Shown here: in pieces, positions 19,147 through 29,395 of the stretch
Layout of the letters: every line of letters begins with the position of its first letter
Position numbering within the stretch: position 1 is the first letter of the stretch
Assembly: GCA_963634745.1 (NCBI GenBank)
Contig: CAVHCX010000003.1
Span: 66,435-130,434, forward strand
Direction: 5' to 3'
Length of the DNA: 64,000 bases
Source of the DNA: Clostridium sp. CAG:343
GTDB taxonomy: Bacteria; Bacillota; Clostridia; Lachnospirales; Lachnospiraceae
The notes under the pieces: generated by a model
The model's database searches: none
What the model was told of the DNA's origin: nothing
Seen by the model: the letters and a program-made list of their open reading frames with translations, nothing else
Translations under genes and position numbers: made by a program

Positions 19147-21582
19147 ATGAAATATGGATTTTTTGACGACAAGAAGAAAGAATATGTAATCACAGATCCT
19201 AAGACCCCCAATCCATGGATCAATTATCTGGGAAATGAAGATTTCTTTTCTCTGATTTCTAATACTGCAGGAGGATACAGCTTTTACAAGGATGCCAAAC
19301 TCCTTCGTATCACCCGTTACCGCTACAATAATGTGCCGGCGGATACCAACGGACGCTATTACTTTATCAATGACCGGGGATGTATCTGGAATCCCGGCTG
19401 GCAGCCTTCCCAGACAGCCTTAGATTCTTACCAATGTCACCATGGACTTGGTTACACTCGTTTTTCTTCTTCCAAAAATAAAATTGAAGCGGATCTGACT
19501 GCCTTTGTGCCTCTTCATGAGACCTGCGAAGTCAACTATTTAAAGCTCAAGAATACAGATTCTAAAGCCCATAAACTGACGCTGACTTCCTATGTAGAAT
19601 TCTGCTTCTGGAACGCCGTAGATGATGCTACAAACTTTCAGAGGAATTTAAGTCTTGGTGAGGTGGAAGTGATCGGATCTGAAATCTATCATAAGACTGA
19701 ATACAGAGAGCGCCGCAATCATTATGCCTTCTACAGTGTCAACCAGCCGGTGGACGGTTTTGACACCAGTCGGGATGATTTCCTTGGAGCCTACGGTTCT
19801 ATCCAGTCCCCCAAGGCCGTTGTGGACCAAAGTTCCTACCAGACCCTGGCCAGCGGCGGTGCTGTCATCGGTTCCCACAGGATTGAGGTAAGCCTGGCTC
19901 CGGGAGAAGAAAAATCCTTTATTTTCCTCCTTGGCTATGCTGAGAATCCTGATAAGAAAAAATGGGAAGCTCCCAATGTAATTAACAAGACCCCGGCTAA
20001 GGCTATCATGTCCCGTTATCAGACGGACGACCAGGTCAAAGAGGCCCTTGCCTGCCTGGCATCCTACTGGGACAAGCTTCTTTCTAGATACAGCCTATCC
20101 TGCGAGGACGACAAGCTTTCCAGAATGGTAAATATCTGGAACCAGTACCAGTGTATGGTTACTTTTAATATGTCCCGGTCTGCCTCTTATTTTGAGTCCG
20201 GTACCGGAAGAGGCATGGGATTCCGTGACTCCTGCCAGGATCTTTTGGGCTTTGTCCACCTGATTCCGGAGCGGGCCAGAGGACGAATCCTTGATATTGC
20301 CGCAACCCAGATGGAAGACGGAAGTGCCTACCACCAGTATCAGCCCCTGACCAAGCGAGGCAATCTTGATATCGGCAGTGGCTTTAATGACGACCCGCTC
20401 TGGCTTATTGCCGCAGTCAGTGCCTATACAAAAGAAAGCGGTGATTTTGGCATTTTAGATGAAATGGTAGATTTTGATAATGATCCTAAAAAGGCCGCTC
20501 CTCTTCTTGAGCACTTAAAAAGATCTTTTGAATATAGCCTGACCCATCTTGGTCCCCACAAGCTTCCTCTCATCGGCCGGGCCGACTGGAATGATTGCCT
20601 GAACCTTAACTGCTTTTCTAAGGAACCCGGAGAATCCTTCCAGACCACCGGTCCATCAGAGGGCCCTGTAGCAGAGTCTGTATTTATTGCAGCTATGTTT
20701 GTAAAATATGCAAGAGAATATGGACAGATCAATGAGATTCTCGGCCATAAAGAAGAGGCCTCCAGGGCTTATGATGCTGCCGATGCTATGTATCAGGCCA
20801 TTCTAAAAGACGGCTGGGACGGCCAATGGTTTTTACGGGCTTATGATGCCAGCGGCCAGAAAGTAGGCTCTAAGGAGAATAAGGAAGGCAAAATTTTCAT
20901 TGAGCCTCAGGGATTTTGTGTCCTTGCAGGCGTGGGCGTAAAAGAAGGAAAGGCAAAAGAAGCCTTAGATTCTGTAAAAGAGCATCTGGATACCAAATAC
21001 GGCATCATGCTACAGCAACCGGCTTATCAGACCTACCATTTAAATCTCGGAGAAATTTCTTCCTACCCACCGGGATATAAGGAGAATGCCGGTATTTTCT
21101 GCCACAACAATCCATGGATTTCCATTGCGGAGGCTGTCATCGGCCGGGGAAATCGGGCCTTTGAAATTTATAAGAAAACCTGTCCCGCATATATTGAGGA
21201 CATCAGCGAGATCCACCGGACAGAGCCCTATGTATATTCTCAGATGATCGCAGGCGCCGATGCACCCAAGCACGGAGAGGCAAAAAATAGTTGGCTCACA
21301 GGAACCGCTGCCTGGACCTTTGTAAATGTTTCCCAATATCTTTTGGGCATTCAACCGGATTACGACGGCCTGCGCATCGACCCCTGCCTGCCGGATGAGC
21401 TAAAGGAGCTTAAGCTGGATCGGACCTACCGCGATGCCCACTATCACATCCATATCAGCAAGCCGGACGGCATCGAAAAAGGTGTCCGCAAGATGCTTGT
21501 AAATGGCAAGGAAGTGGAAGGGAACCTGGTAAGGCCCCTTGACGGCTGCAGCGAGTATGAGGTTGAAATCACGATGGGATAA
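19147..21582 (+). CDS. GH94 cellobiose phosphorylase
   Basis: 811 aa, the size typical of cellobiose (not cellodextrin) phosphorylases. The N-terminus [29 protein letters not shown]... and the RADWNDCLN and [15 protein letters not shown] blocks are characteristic of GH94. Confidence 0.9.
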   Translation: MKYGFFDDKKKEYVITDPKTPNPWINYLGNEDFFSLISNTAGGYSFYKDAKLLRITRYRYNNVPADTNGRYYFINDRGCIWNPGWQPSQTALDSYQCHHGLGYTRFSSSKNKIEADLTAFVPLHETCEVNYLKLKNTDSKAHKLTLTSYVEFCFWNAVDDATNFQRNLSLGEVEVIGSEIYHKTEYRERRNHYAFYSVNQPVDGFDTSRDDFLGAYGSIQSPKAVVDQSSYQTLASGGAVIGSHRIEVSLAPGEEKSFIFLLGYAENPDKKKWEAPNVINKTPAKAIMSRYQTDDQVKEALACLASYWDKLLSRYSLSCEDDKLSRMVNIWNQYQCMVTFNMSRSASYFESGTGRGMGFRDSCQDLLGFVHLIPERARGRILDIAATQMEDGSAYHQYQPLTKRGNLDIGSGFNDDPLWLIAAVSAYTKESGDFGILDEMVDFDNDPKKAAPLLEHLKRSFEYSLTHLGPHKLPLIGRADWNDCLNLNCFSKEPGESFQTTGPSEGPVAESVFIAAMFVKYAREYGQINEILGHKEEASRAYDAADAMYQAILKDGWDGQWFLRAYDASGQKVGSKENKEGKIFIEPQGFCVLAGVGVKEGKAKEALDSVKEHLDTKYGIMLQQPAYQTYHLNLGEISSYPPGYKENAGIFCHNNPWISIAEAVIGRGNRAFEIYKKTCPAYIEDISEIHRTEPYVYSQMIAGADAPKHGEAKNSWLTGTAAWTFVNVSQYLLGIQPDYDGLRIDPCLPDELKELKLDRTYRDAHYHIHISKPDGIEKGVRKMLVNGKEVEGNLVRPLDGCSEYEVEITMG

Positions 21583-21654
21583 TCCGCAGGCAGCAAAGCC
21601 TGTGGGGCTTTCGCCCCCCCGACAAGTTGTAAATATAAGTTAGCCTAAAAAACA

Positions 21655-21698
21655 AGACCGAAGAAGGAGGATCAGATTCCTCCTTCTTCGGTCTTTTA
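21655..21698. terminator. strong bidirectional terminator (GH94 / GH3 convergent)
   Basis: AGACCGAAGAAGGAGGA-tcagat-TCCTCCTTCTTCGGTCT: a 17-bp perfect stem, A-run before and T-run after. Confidence 0.9.
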
Positions 21699-21736
21699 GT
21701 ATGAATAATAAATGATAAATGGGTCTAGATTATAAT

Positions 21737-23887
21737 TTATAGGTCTACGGAGGCTGTCTGACAGATCTCTTCTACAGACTTGCCTGCATAAATTTGATAA
21801 GTTCCCTCTTCTACCACAAAGGTCTGTTTTTCTTCATCGTAGTAGCTAAAGGCATTGGGATCAAGGTCCAGCCGAATCTCACTGGATCCCCCTGCTTCCA
21901 ATTCTATTTTGGTAAATGCTGCCAAAACTTTCTTGGGACGTTCTATGCTTGATTTTTCTTTTCCCACATAGATTTGCACCACTTCTTTTCCATCCAGTTT
22001 TCCTACATTGGTCACCTTGAGGCTTACACATACCTGGGGTTCCTTTCCAGGCATTTTAAGAACTGCATGCAAATCAGAAATTGCAAATTCTGTATAGGAG
22101 AGGCCGTATCCAAAGGGGAAGAGGACCTCGACATCTCTGGAATCATAGTGGCGGTATCCGACAAAAATACCTTCTTTATAGGCTACCGTCTTGCCTCCCG
22201 GGAATTCTCCGATGCTGTGAGCCGGGCAGTCTAGATGGCTTTTAGGCAAGGTTTCCGGAAGGCGTCCGGAAGGATTGACCTTTCCGAAAAGCACCTCTGC
22301 CAAGGCAGTTCCCCCTTCCATTCCGGCATACCACTGCCAAAGAAGGGTCTTGGTTTTTCTAATCCAAGGCATCTCCACCGGCGAACCGGAAATCATAATC
22401 ACGATGGTATTTGGATTTGCCTCAAGGACCTCCTCAATCAGCTGATCCTGAGCATAGGGAAGCTTCATATCCGGCCTGTCATGGCCTTCTAGGTCTTGCT
22501 TGTGGTTCTGACCCCCAATTAGGATTACCGTCTCATACTCTGCCGCCTTCTCTACCGCTTCTTCTCTTAATATACGGCGCTTTTCTTCCAAGGCCCGGCT
22601 GACCTTTGCAGCTTCTTTGGTGGAGCCTCCACCATTTTCCAAGCTGTCTGCCTGCCAGTTAAGAGCCCCCTCCTCTGCTTCCATATCATCTGCAAAATAT
22701 CCCTGGACAAAGTCTACCTGGGTATTTCCTCCAAGTAGCTTTTTGATTCCAAGAAGGGGTGAAATCTCATAGAGGGCCTTGATCTCTGCACTTCCTCCAC
22801 CGTTGGAATGAATGCGGTTTGCATTGTCTCCGATGAGTAAAATTCGGTCTAATTTCTTGGAAAGAGGAAGTTTTTTCTCTTCATTTTTTAAGAGAATTAT
22901 AGACTCCCTGGCTGTCATAAGGACGCTGGTCCGATGTCCCGGCGTATTGTAGCTTCCTCCCCTTCTTTGGTCTTTTTCGTCTCCGATCATATGCAGGCGA
23001 TACATCATACGAAGAATATTTCTGACTTTTTCATCCAAGCATGCTTCTGCCACTTCGCCCTTTTCTACAGCTTCCTTCAAAGGTTTTGCCAAACAGTATT
23101 CATCAAAGTTGTAGGTAACAGACATTTCTATATCCAAACCGCTTTCGGCAGCTTCTTTTGTTTTGTGAACCGCCCCCCAGTCGGATACGACCATGCCATC
23201 ATAGCCCCATTCCTTCCTAAGAATTTGGTTTAGAAGCTCCTTGTTTTCACAGCAATGCTTTCCCTTATAAAGATTATAGGCTCCCATCATAGAGTAGGCC
23301 ACTGTGGCCGCCTTTTTAAATGCCGGAAAATAAATTTCTCTGGCAGCGCAGTCACTTACATCCACATCCACCCAGAGGCGCTCTGTCTCCTGGTTATTGA
23401 TGGCAAAATGCTTGACACAGGCTGCCACATCCGCAGTCTGTACCCCCTCGATTACAGGCACAGCCATCTCCCCACTTAGGTGGGGATCTTCGCTCATATA
23501 TTCGAAATTTCGCCCGCAAAGAGGACTTCTTTTAATATTAATACCTGGGGCAAGAATCACATCTTTTCCCCGTCCTCTGGCCTCTTCTCCCAGGACCTTG
23601 CCTGTCTCGTAGGCCAGGGTCCGATTCCAGGTAGATGCTAAGGCACTGTTACTTGGAAGGTAGGTCACATAGTCATCGCTATTTCCTACCGGGACCCAGG
23701 AATCATCGGGGAATTCATTGCGAACACCCATGGGGCCATCGGACATTTTTACCGGTGGGATTCCTAGACGAGGGACTCCCGCTGTACGAAATAAGCCTGC
23801 GCCATGGATCATGCCGATCTTCTCATCAAGGGTCAATTCTTTAACCAGGTCTTCAATCTGCTTTTCTATCGTTCTATTTTTCTGCAT
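21737..23887 (-). CDS. GH3 beta-glucosidase
   Basis: GH3 N- and C-domains plus a Fn3-like tail. The nucleophile context is GMVVSDWGA. I place the start at ATG 23887 (MQKNRTIEKQ...) after a GAGGAT RBS. The track start at 23935 would overlap GH31. Confidence 0.9.
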   Translation of the reverse strand: MQKNRTIEKQIEDLVKELTLDEKIGMIHGAGLFRTAGVPRLGIPPVKMSDGPMGVRNEFPDDSWVPVGNSDDYVTYLPSNSALASTWNRTLAYETGKVLGEEARGRGKDVILAPGINIKRSPLCGRNFEYMSEDPHLSGEMAVPVIEGVQTADVAACVKHFAINNQETERLWVDVDVSDCAAREIYFPAFKKAATVAYSMMGAYNLYKGKHCCENKELLNQILRKEWGYDGMVVSDWGAVHKTKEAAESGLDIEMSVTYNFDEYCLAKPLKEAVEKGEVAEACLDEKVRNILRMMYRLHMIGDEKDQRRGGSYNTPGHRTSVLMTARESIILLKNEEKKLPLSKKLDRILLIGDNANRIHSNGGGSAEIKALYEISPLLGIKKLLGGNTQVDFVQGYFADDMEAEEGALNWQADSLENGGGSTKEAAKVSRALEEKRRILREEAVEKAAEYETVILIGGQNHKQDLEGHDRPDMKLPYAQDQLIEEVLEANPNTIVIMISGSPVEMPWIRKTKTLLWQWYAGMEGGTALAEVLFGKVNPSGRLPETLPKSHLDCPAHSIGEFPGGKTVAYKEGIFVGYRHYDSRDVEVLFPFGYGLSYTEFAISDLHAVLKMPGKEPQVCVSLKVTNVGKLDGKEVVQIYVGKEKSSIERPKKVLAAFTKIELEAGGSSEIRLDLDPNAFSYYDEEKQTFVVEEGTYQIYAGKSVEEICQTASVDL

Positions 23888-23898
23888 TTTCTTATCCT

Positions 23899-26238
23899 CT
23901 ACAGACTGACAATAATCTGGGCATTTCCGGCACATAAAATCACAGTATCCTGATCCTCAATCCGGTAGTCTGCTCCCTCTATCGTTTTTGCAGTCTCATT
24001 TACCAGGCGAATGCTACAAGGCTTCATTGCCTTTACCTGGATCTCCAGCTTGTCGCCCTTTCTTTGTGCAGTAACCGTTGTCTCTACCTTCCTGTCCATT
24101 CCGCAAACGTAAGTAGAAGTTTTTCCACCATCCTTCAGAGCATAGGCCCGAATTTCCACATTTTGCGCATAGTCATAATCCGGTCTCATCTTTTCTTGTC
24201 CTACTGCAATTAGGCTATTTTCTCTTGCAAATACCGGAATGCTTAGATAGCCGCAGGCTTCCTCATACCATTTGCCGCCCTCTTTCACTTCTCCTGTAAG
24301 ATAATGGGTCCATCTGCCCTCCGGCAGGTAATAAATCGCCCTGCTCTCATCATTAAAGATCGGGGCCACCAAAAGAGAATCTCCTAACATATACTGCTTA
24401 TCTAAGTATGCACAGTTGCGGTCTTTTGTAAATTCCATAACCATGCTGCGCATCATAGGCACGCCTGTTGCAGCTGTCTCGATCGAATTTCTATAAAGAT
24501 ATGGCATGAGTTTTGCCTTTACCTCTGTAAAATAACGGACCACGTCTACCGCTTCCTCATCATATGCCCATGGCACCCGGTAGGAAGTACTTCCGTGGAG
24601 TCTGGAATGGGAGGACATTAGGCCAAAAGCTGCCCAGCGCTTATATACATCCGGTGTAGAAGTACTCTCAAAACCGCCGATATCATGGCTCCAGTAACCG
24701 AATCCGGACATGGTAAGGGAGAGACCTCCTCGAAGGCTTTCTTCCATGGATACATAGTCAGACCAGCAGTCACCGCCCCAGTGAACCGGGAATTTCTGAC
24801 CTCCCACAGTTGCGGACCGGGCAAATAAAACTGCCTCTCCTTTTCCTCTCTTGCGCTCCAAAAGGTCAAAGACGGTTTTATTGTAAAGATAGGTATAGTA
24901 GTTGTGCATTTTTTCGGGATCAGATCCATCTGCATAGACGCAATTTACCGGAATTCTCTCACCGAAATCGGTCTTAAAGCAGTCCACGCCCATGTCAAGA
25001 AGGACCTCCAGCTTGTCCTGGAACCATTTGCAGGCTGCCGAATTTGTAAAGTCAACCAGGGCCATTCCCGGCTGCCACATATCCCACTGCCATACGTCGC
25101 CGTTTGGTCGTTTTATAAAGTAGCCCTTTTCTTTTCCTTCTGCAAATAAGGCGGATTCCTGGGCAATATAAGGGTTGATCCATACACAGATATTAAGGCC
25201 CTTTGCCTTGATCCTTTTAAGCATGCCTTCCGGATCCGGGAAGACTCTGATGTCCCACAAAAAGTCTGACCAGTGGAAATCTTTCATCCAGAAACAGTCA
25301 AAATGGAAGACCCGAAGTCCGATGCCCCTCTCTAACATTCCATCCACAAAGCTCATAACCGTCTCTTCATCGTAATTGGTTGTAAAGGAGGTAGAAAGCC
25401 ACAGGCCGTAGGTCCAGGGAGCCGGAAGGGCCGGTTTTCCTGTAAGATCGGTATAGCGCATCAATACTTCCTTCATGCTGGGGCCGTTAATCACGAAGTA
25501 GTCCAAGCTCTCTCCCTTTACAGAAAATTCTACCTTGGTCACCTGCTCGGTTCCCACTTCAAAAGAAACCTTATCGGAGCTATTTACAAAGACACCATAA
25601 CCCTTATCGGTCAGATAAAAGGGGATATTCTTGTAAGACTGGTCCGTGCTTGTTCCTCCGTCCTCGTTCCAAATATCCACAGACTGGCCGTTTCGAACCA
25701 GGGCTCCGAAACGCTCACCCAGGCCGTAAACATGCTCATTTACATCAAGGCCGAGCTGCTGACGCATATAGGCCTTGCCTTCCGGATCCATATCATAGGC
25801 AAAACCTGTCCACTGGGTACGCATGTAGGCTAAGTCTCTACCACTGCTTGCAGTCAAAAGCTTCCCGTCTCTTTCGTAGGACATGGACCAATTTTTCTTA
25901 CTGATCCGCAGGGAAAGGTTCCCGGAGGTCACAAGAATTTCATCCTCACTTTCTTCTACGTCCATCTGGCGCTTTTCATCCAGATTCAAATCAAATTTAG
26001 GACTGTGATCTTCCACTCCCAGGTAGTGGCTTGTCTGCACACGGATTACATCCTCTGCCGGGGCTGTAATCCTGATGGTGAGATTGATTCCCCCAAGGGT
26101 ATCTCCTCTGTGGGCGATATGATGTGTGGGGGCACAAATTACAAGTTCATAATCATTTTTCTCTACAAAATAAGCTTCCTGGGGCGCAAAACATTCGATT
26201 CCTTCCTTCTGCAGCCAGCATCCATTTCCGAATTTCAT
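23899..26238 (-). CDS. GH31 alpha-xylosidase (YicI/XylS-like)
   Basis: 779 aa. The catalytic block GVDCFKTDFGERIP is near-identical to the E. coli YicI nucleophile region. WGGDC is downstream. Confidence 0.85.
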   Translation of the reverse strand: MKFGNGCWLQKEGIECFAPQEAYFVEKNDYELVICAPTHHIAHRGDTLGGINLTIRITAPAEDVIRVQTSHYLGVEDHSPKFDLNLDEKRQMDVEESEDEILVTSGNLSLRISKKNWSMSYERDGKLLTASSGRDLAYMRTQWTGFAYDMDPEGKAYMRQQLGLDVNEHVYGLGERFGALVRNGQSVDIWNEDGGTSTDQSYKNIPFYLTDKGYGVFVNSSDKVSFEVGTEQVTKVEFSVKGESLDYFVINGPSMKEVLMRYTDLTGKPALPAPWTYGLWLSTSFTTNYDEETVMSFVDGMLERGIGLRVFHFDCFWMKDFHWSDFLWDIRVFPDPEGMLKRIKAKGLNICVWINPYIAQESALFAEGKEKGYFIKRPNGDVWQWDMWQPGMALVDFTNSAACKWFQDKLEVLLDMGVDCFKTDFGERIPVNCVYADGSDPEKMHNYYTYLYNKTVFDLLERKRGKGEAVLFARSATVGGQKFPVHWGGDCWSDYVSMEESLRGGLSLTMSGFGYWSHDIGGFESTSTPDVYKRWAAFGLMSSHSRLHGSTSYRVPWAYDEEAVDVVRYFTEVKAKLMPYLYRNSIETAATGVPMMRSMVMEFTKDRNCAYLDKQYMLGDSLLVAPIFNDESRAIYYLPEGRWTHYLTGEVKEGGKWYEEACGYLSIPVFARENSLIAVGQEKMRPDYDYAQNVEIRAYALKDGGKTSTYVCGMDRKVETTVTAQRKGDKLEIQVKAMKPCSIRLVNETAKTIEGADYRIEDQDTVILCAGNAQIIVSL

Positions 26239-26276
26239 CTCTCCATAACTCCTTTATCTATCATACTTTTTCCTTC

Positions 26277-26284
26277 ATTATACA
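26277..26284 (-). promoter_or_regulatory. extended -10 element (TGTATAAT) upstream of GH31-GH3
   Basis: Minus strand has TGTATAAT about 35 nt upstream of the GH31 ATG. The -35 is weak (TATTTT). Confidence 0.4.
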
Positions 26285-26360
26285 AAGCTGTTTCGGATAA
26301 AAATACTGGAAGAATTCAGCGAAAAATACGCTATTTTTTAGACATCTGAAAGCCTTCCGC

Positions 26361-26398
26361 AAAAAAAGTTCCTGGCAGCCTTTGCCAAGAACTTTTTT
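26361..26398. terminator. terminator after GH42
   Basis: AAAAAAA-GTTCCTGGCA-gcctt-TGCCAAGAAC-TTTTTT. Confidence 0.8.
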
Positions 26399-26408
26399 GT
26401 ATGATCAT

Positions 26409-28433
26409 TTATTTTCTTTTCTTTAAAATCCTTGTGCTGAGAGGCGCCATAACTTCGCTTTCCCCTCCATAGAGCAGGTCATAGTCTGCCGGCACAACTA
26501 CTGTCTGTGCCTTTCTGGCATAGTTCTGGATAAAGAGATATTCTGCATCCTGACTTTCTCTTACGGTCACAGCCACTCCTTCCGGAATAAACTCAAGCGG
26601 CGATTCCAGGCCTGCCTCTTTTGTCGCTCTTCCGTAGAAATCCTGGTAAAATCCCAGTTCCATATCTGCGCATACATAGTAGACGTGACCCTTTCCAAAG
26701 ACCTTGTGGGTCAGCACCGGATAGTCCTGATAGAAATCTTCCCCGTAATGCATCAGCACCTCTGCATCGGAAACCTCCACCAGCTCGCAGAGATTTTTGC
26801 AAGAATATACATTGCTGATTCCAAGATGGTTTCCGGTCTCCGGAATTCCGTGATTTTCTTCCCAGTCATACAAGGCATCGATCTCCGTGCTGCGGATTCC
26901 TGTCACGTCCATCAGGCCGTAGGGAGTCCCTCCCAGGAAGCACTTGTCTGTGCCATCCACCAGGCCGGACCAGTAGGAAAGTACCAAGGTCCCGCCATTT
27001 TCCACATAGCTGCGGAGTTTCTCTTCATATCCATCCTTAAACATATATGCCATGGGGGCTGCCAAAATCTTATAATCTGCAAGGTCGTGTTCCATTCCGA
27101 TGATATCCACATTGAGCCCCTGCTCTCTTAAGGCACGGTAGTTTTTCTGCACATTCTCACGATAATGCATATCTTCATTTCTGGGTCCCTGCACATCGGC
27201 AATGGCCCAGTCATTTTCACGGTCATAGAGGAGGGCTGCCTGAGACTTCATGTCGCTTCCGACCGTCTCTGCAATCTCTTCTAGGACCTGACCTACCTCT
27301 GTTACCTCCTTGAAAACTCGGGTATCGTCCTTGCCATAATGGTCAATGACTGCCCCGTGGAATTTTTCAGAAGCTCCCTGGCTTTGTCTAAGCTGAAAAT
27401 AAAGGACACTGTCTGAGCCGTGAGCGACTGCCTGAAGGGACCCTGCCAAAAGCATCCCCGGTTTTTTCAATTTATTGATAGGCTTCCAGTTGGTAGCGGA
27501 AGGGCAGGATTCCATAAGCAGGAAGGGGGCCTTCTTAATGCTTCGCATCAAATCGTGCTGCATGGCTGCGTCGACAGCTGTAATATATTCTTCCTTCTTG
27601 TGCCATCCCGGATAGTTATCCCAGGATACAATATCCAGCACATCCTTAAATTTCTTATAATCCAAGCCGTCAAAGTCATACATGAGATTGGCAGTGACAG
27701 GCAGATCTGACCCTCCCTGGCGGATGGCATCCACTTCATTTTTAATAAAATCAATGGTCTGATAGGTAACAAAGCGCTTCCAGTCAAGTTTTAGGGCATG
27801 AAGCTCATTTTCCCCCTTGACGGATGGGCTTTCAATCTGGTCAAAGCTATTATAAATATGGCTCCAGAATGTGGTGCACCAGCTCTTGTTAAGGTTCTCA
27901 ATGGTTCCATATTTTTCCTTAAGCCATTCTCTAAACTTGGCCTGACATAAAGGACAGTGACACTCCCCGCTAAACTCATTGGAAATGTGCCATAGCATAA
28001 CTGCCGGATGTTTTCCGAATCTTTCTGCTAATCTCTTATCAATAGCATGAACCTTTTCCCGGTATACCGGGGAGGTAAAGCAGTGATTATGCCTGCCTCC
28101 GAAGAATCTTCTGGTCCTGTCCGGGTCCATACGCAGGACTTCCTCGTATTTATCTGCCATCCACTTGGGTCTTGCTCCTGAGGGAGTGGCAAGAATGGTA
28201 TAGATCCCCTCTTTGTATAGGTTGTTGATAATCTCTTCCAGCCAGTCAAAATTATATTTTCCCTCTTCCGGTTCCAGAACCGCCCAGGAAAAAATTCCTA
28301 CAGATACCGTATTGATATGTGCCTTTTTGAAATATTCAATATCTTTTTTTAGAATATCCGGCCGGTCAAGCCACTGCTCCGGATTGTAATCGCCCCCATG
28401 AAGGTAGCCCTTGTATTTCAGCAATCTCGCCAT
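26409..28433 (-). CDS. GH42 beta-galactosidase
   Basis: 674 aa. The N-terminus (YLHGGDYNPEQWLDRPDILKKDIEYFKKAHINTVSVGIFSWAVLEPEEGKYNFDWLE) and the WHISNE acid/base region are typical of GH42. Confidence 0.9.
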   Translation of the reverse strand: MARLLKYKGYLHGGDYNPEQWLDRPDILKKDIEYFKKAHINTVSVGIFSWAVLEPEEGKYNFDWLEEIINNLYKEGIYTILATPSGARPKWMADKYEEVLRMDPDRTRRFFGGRHNHCFTSPVYREKVHAIDKRLAERFGKHPAVMLWHISNEFSGECHCPLCQAKFREWLKEKYGTIENLNKSWCTTFWSHIYNSFDQIESPSVKGENELHALKLDWKRFVTYQTIDFIKNEVDAIRQGGSDLPVTANLMYDFDGLDYKKFKDVLDIVSWDNYPGWHKKEEYITAVDAAMQHDLMRSIKKAPFLLMESCPSATNWKPINKLKKPGMLLAGSLQAVAHGSDSVLYFQLRQSQGASEKFHGAVIDHYGKDDTRVFKEVTEVGQVLEEIAETVGSDMKSQAALLYDRENDWAIADVQGPRNEDMHYRENVQKNYRALREQGLNVDIIGMEHDLADYKILAAPMAYMFKDGYEEKLRSYVENGGTLVLSYWSGLVDGTDKCFLGGTPYGLMDVTGIRSTEIDALYDWEENHGIPETGNHLGISNVYSCKNLCELVEVSDAEVLMHYGEDFYQDYPVLTHKVFGKGHVYYVCADMELGFYQDFYGRATKEAGLESPLEFIPEGVAVTVRESQDAEYLFIQNYARKAQTVVVPADYDLLYGGESEVMAPLSTRILKKRK

Positions 28434-28499
28434 TTTTTTCCTCCTTTAAGCCCTTTCTTTCAAAGGTCCTTTCCAACACAATTTTATACTTATGGATTC

Positions 28500-28532
28500 A
28501 TTATAGTACCTTTTTTTCTTCTGTGGTATAAT
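28500..28532. promoter_or_regulatory. back-to-back divergent -10 elements (GH42 leftward, araC rightward)
   Basis: Minus strand has TATAAT at 28505..28500. Plus strand has the extended -10 TGGTATAAT at 28524..28532. Confidence 0.45.
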
Positions 28533-28575
28533 AAGTCATTCCAAAAAATATAAGATTTCGAAACAAGGAGGCCCT

Positions 28576-29388
28576 ATGCCAATTTACTTTAGAAATACGC
28601 CTGTAAACCTGCCCTTTATGTTTGATTCCGTAGGAAATCACTGGCATCAGGAGAGCATAAAACGTCCAAAAGGCCATCCTCTTTTTCATTATCTCCAGAC
28701 CCAAGAGGGCCGCGGGCAAATTGAAATTCGCGGGAAAAATTATATTCTTGAGGAGGAGGAAGGGATCCTGATTGCCCCATCCATCCCCCACTCTTATACA
28801 AAAGAATCTAAGGAATGGCAGACGGTTTTTGCTACCTTTACCGGAACCTTATCTTCCGGGATCTCCTCCATCCTGCAAAATCAATCCGTGCTTTTTGTAA
28901 ACAAGGACCAAGGCCGTCTCATTGAACCTCTTATCTCAAGAGCTGTTTTGGAATTTCAAAAGCCCCTTCCCGACTTAAAGGTCCTCTCTTCCCTCTGCTA
29001 TGAGCTTCTTCTTGCATTTAGCTTGGACACTTCCTCCAAAAATATGGCTGCCGATCCTTTGTATCAGCGATACGTGGCTCCTATTGTAGCAGAAATCGAA
29101 AGCAAGTATGCCCAGGAACTGACCGTACAGGACTTAAGCCGTCAGGTGTTTGTCACCCCCCAATATCTCTCCCGCCTCTTTCGCAAATTCCTGGGAGTCT
29201 CTGTTTATGAATATCTTACAGGATACCGAATCAACAAGGCCAAGGAATTACTATTAACCTGCCCCCATATGAAGATCCAGGAGATTGCTCTCGCTACCGG
29301 TTTTGCAGACACCAGCCACTTTATTTCCATCTTCCGAAAATATACCGGGACTACGCCACTGGACTTTCGCAGGGTTTACCATATGTAA
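28576..29388 (+). CDS. AraC-family transcriptional regulator (cupin sensor + dual HTH)
   Basis: 270 aa. N-terminal cupin-like domain and a C-terminal HTH_18 (QYLSRLFRKFLGVSVYEYLTGYRINKAKELL...GFADTSHFISIFRKYTGTTPLDFR). AAGGAGG RBS. Confidence 0.85.
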   Translation: MPIYFRNTPVNLPFMFDSVGNHWHQESIKRPKGHPLFHYLQTQEGRGQIEIRGKNYILEEEEGILIAPSIPHSYTKESKEWQTVFATFTGTLSSGISSILQNQSVLFVNKDQGRLIEPLISRAVLEFQKPLPDLKVLSSLCYELLLAFSLDTSSKNMAADPLYQRYVAPIVAEIESKYAQELTVQDLSRQVFVTPQYLSRLFRKFLGVSVYEYLTGYRINKAKELLLTCPHMKIQEIALATGFADTSHFISIFRKYTGTTPLDFRRVYHM

Positions 29389-29395
29389 ATAAGCC

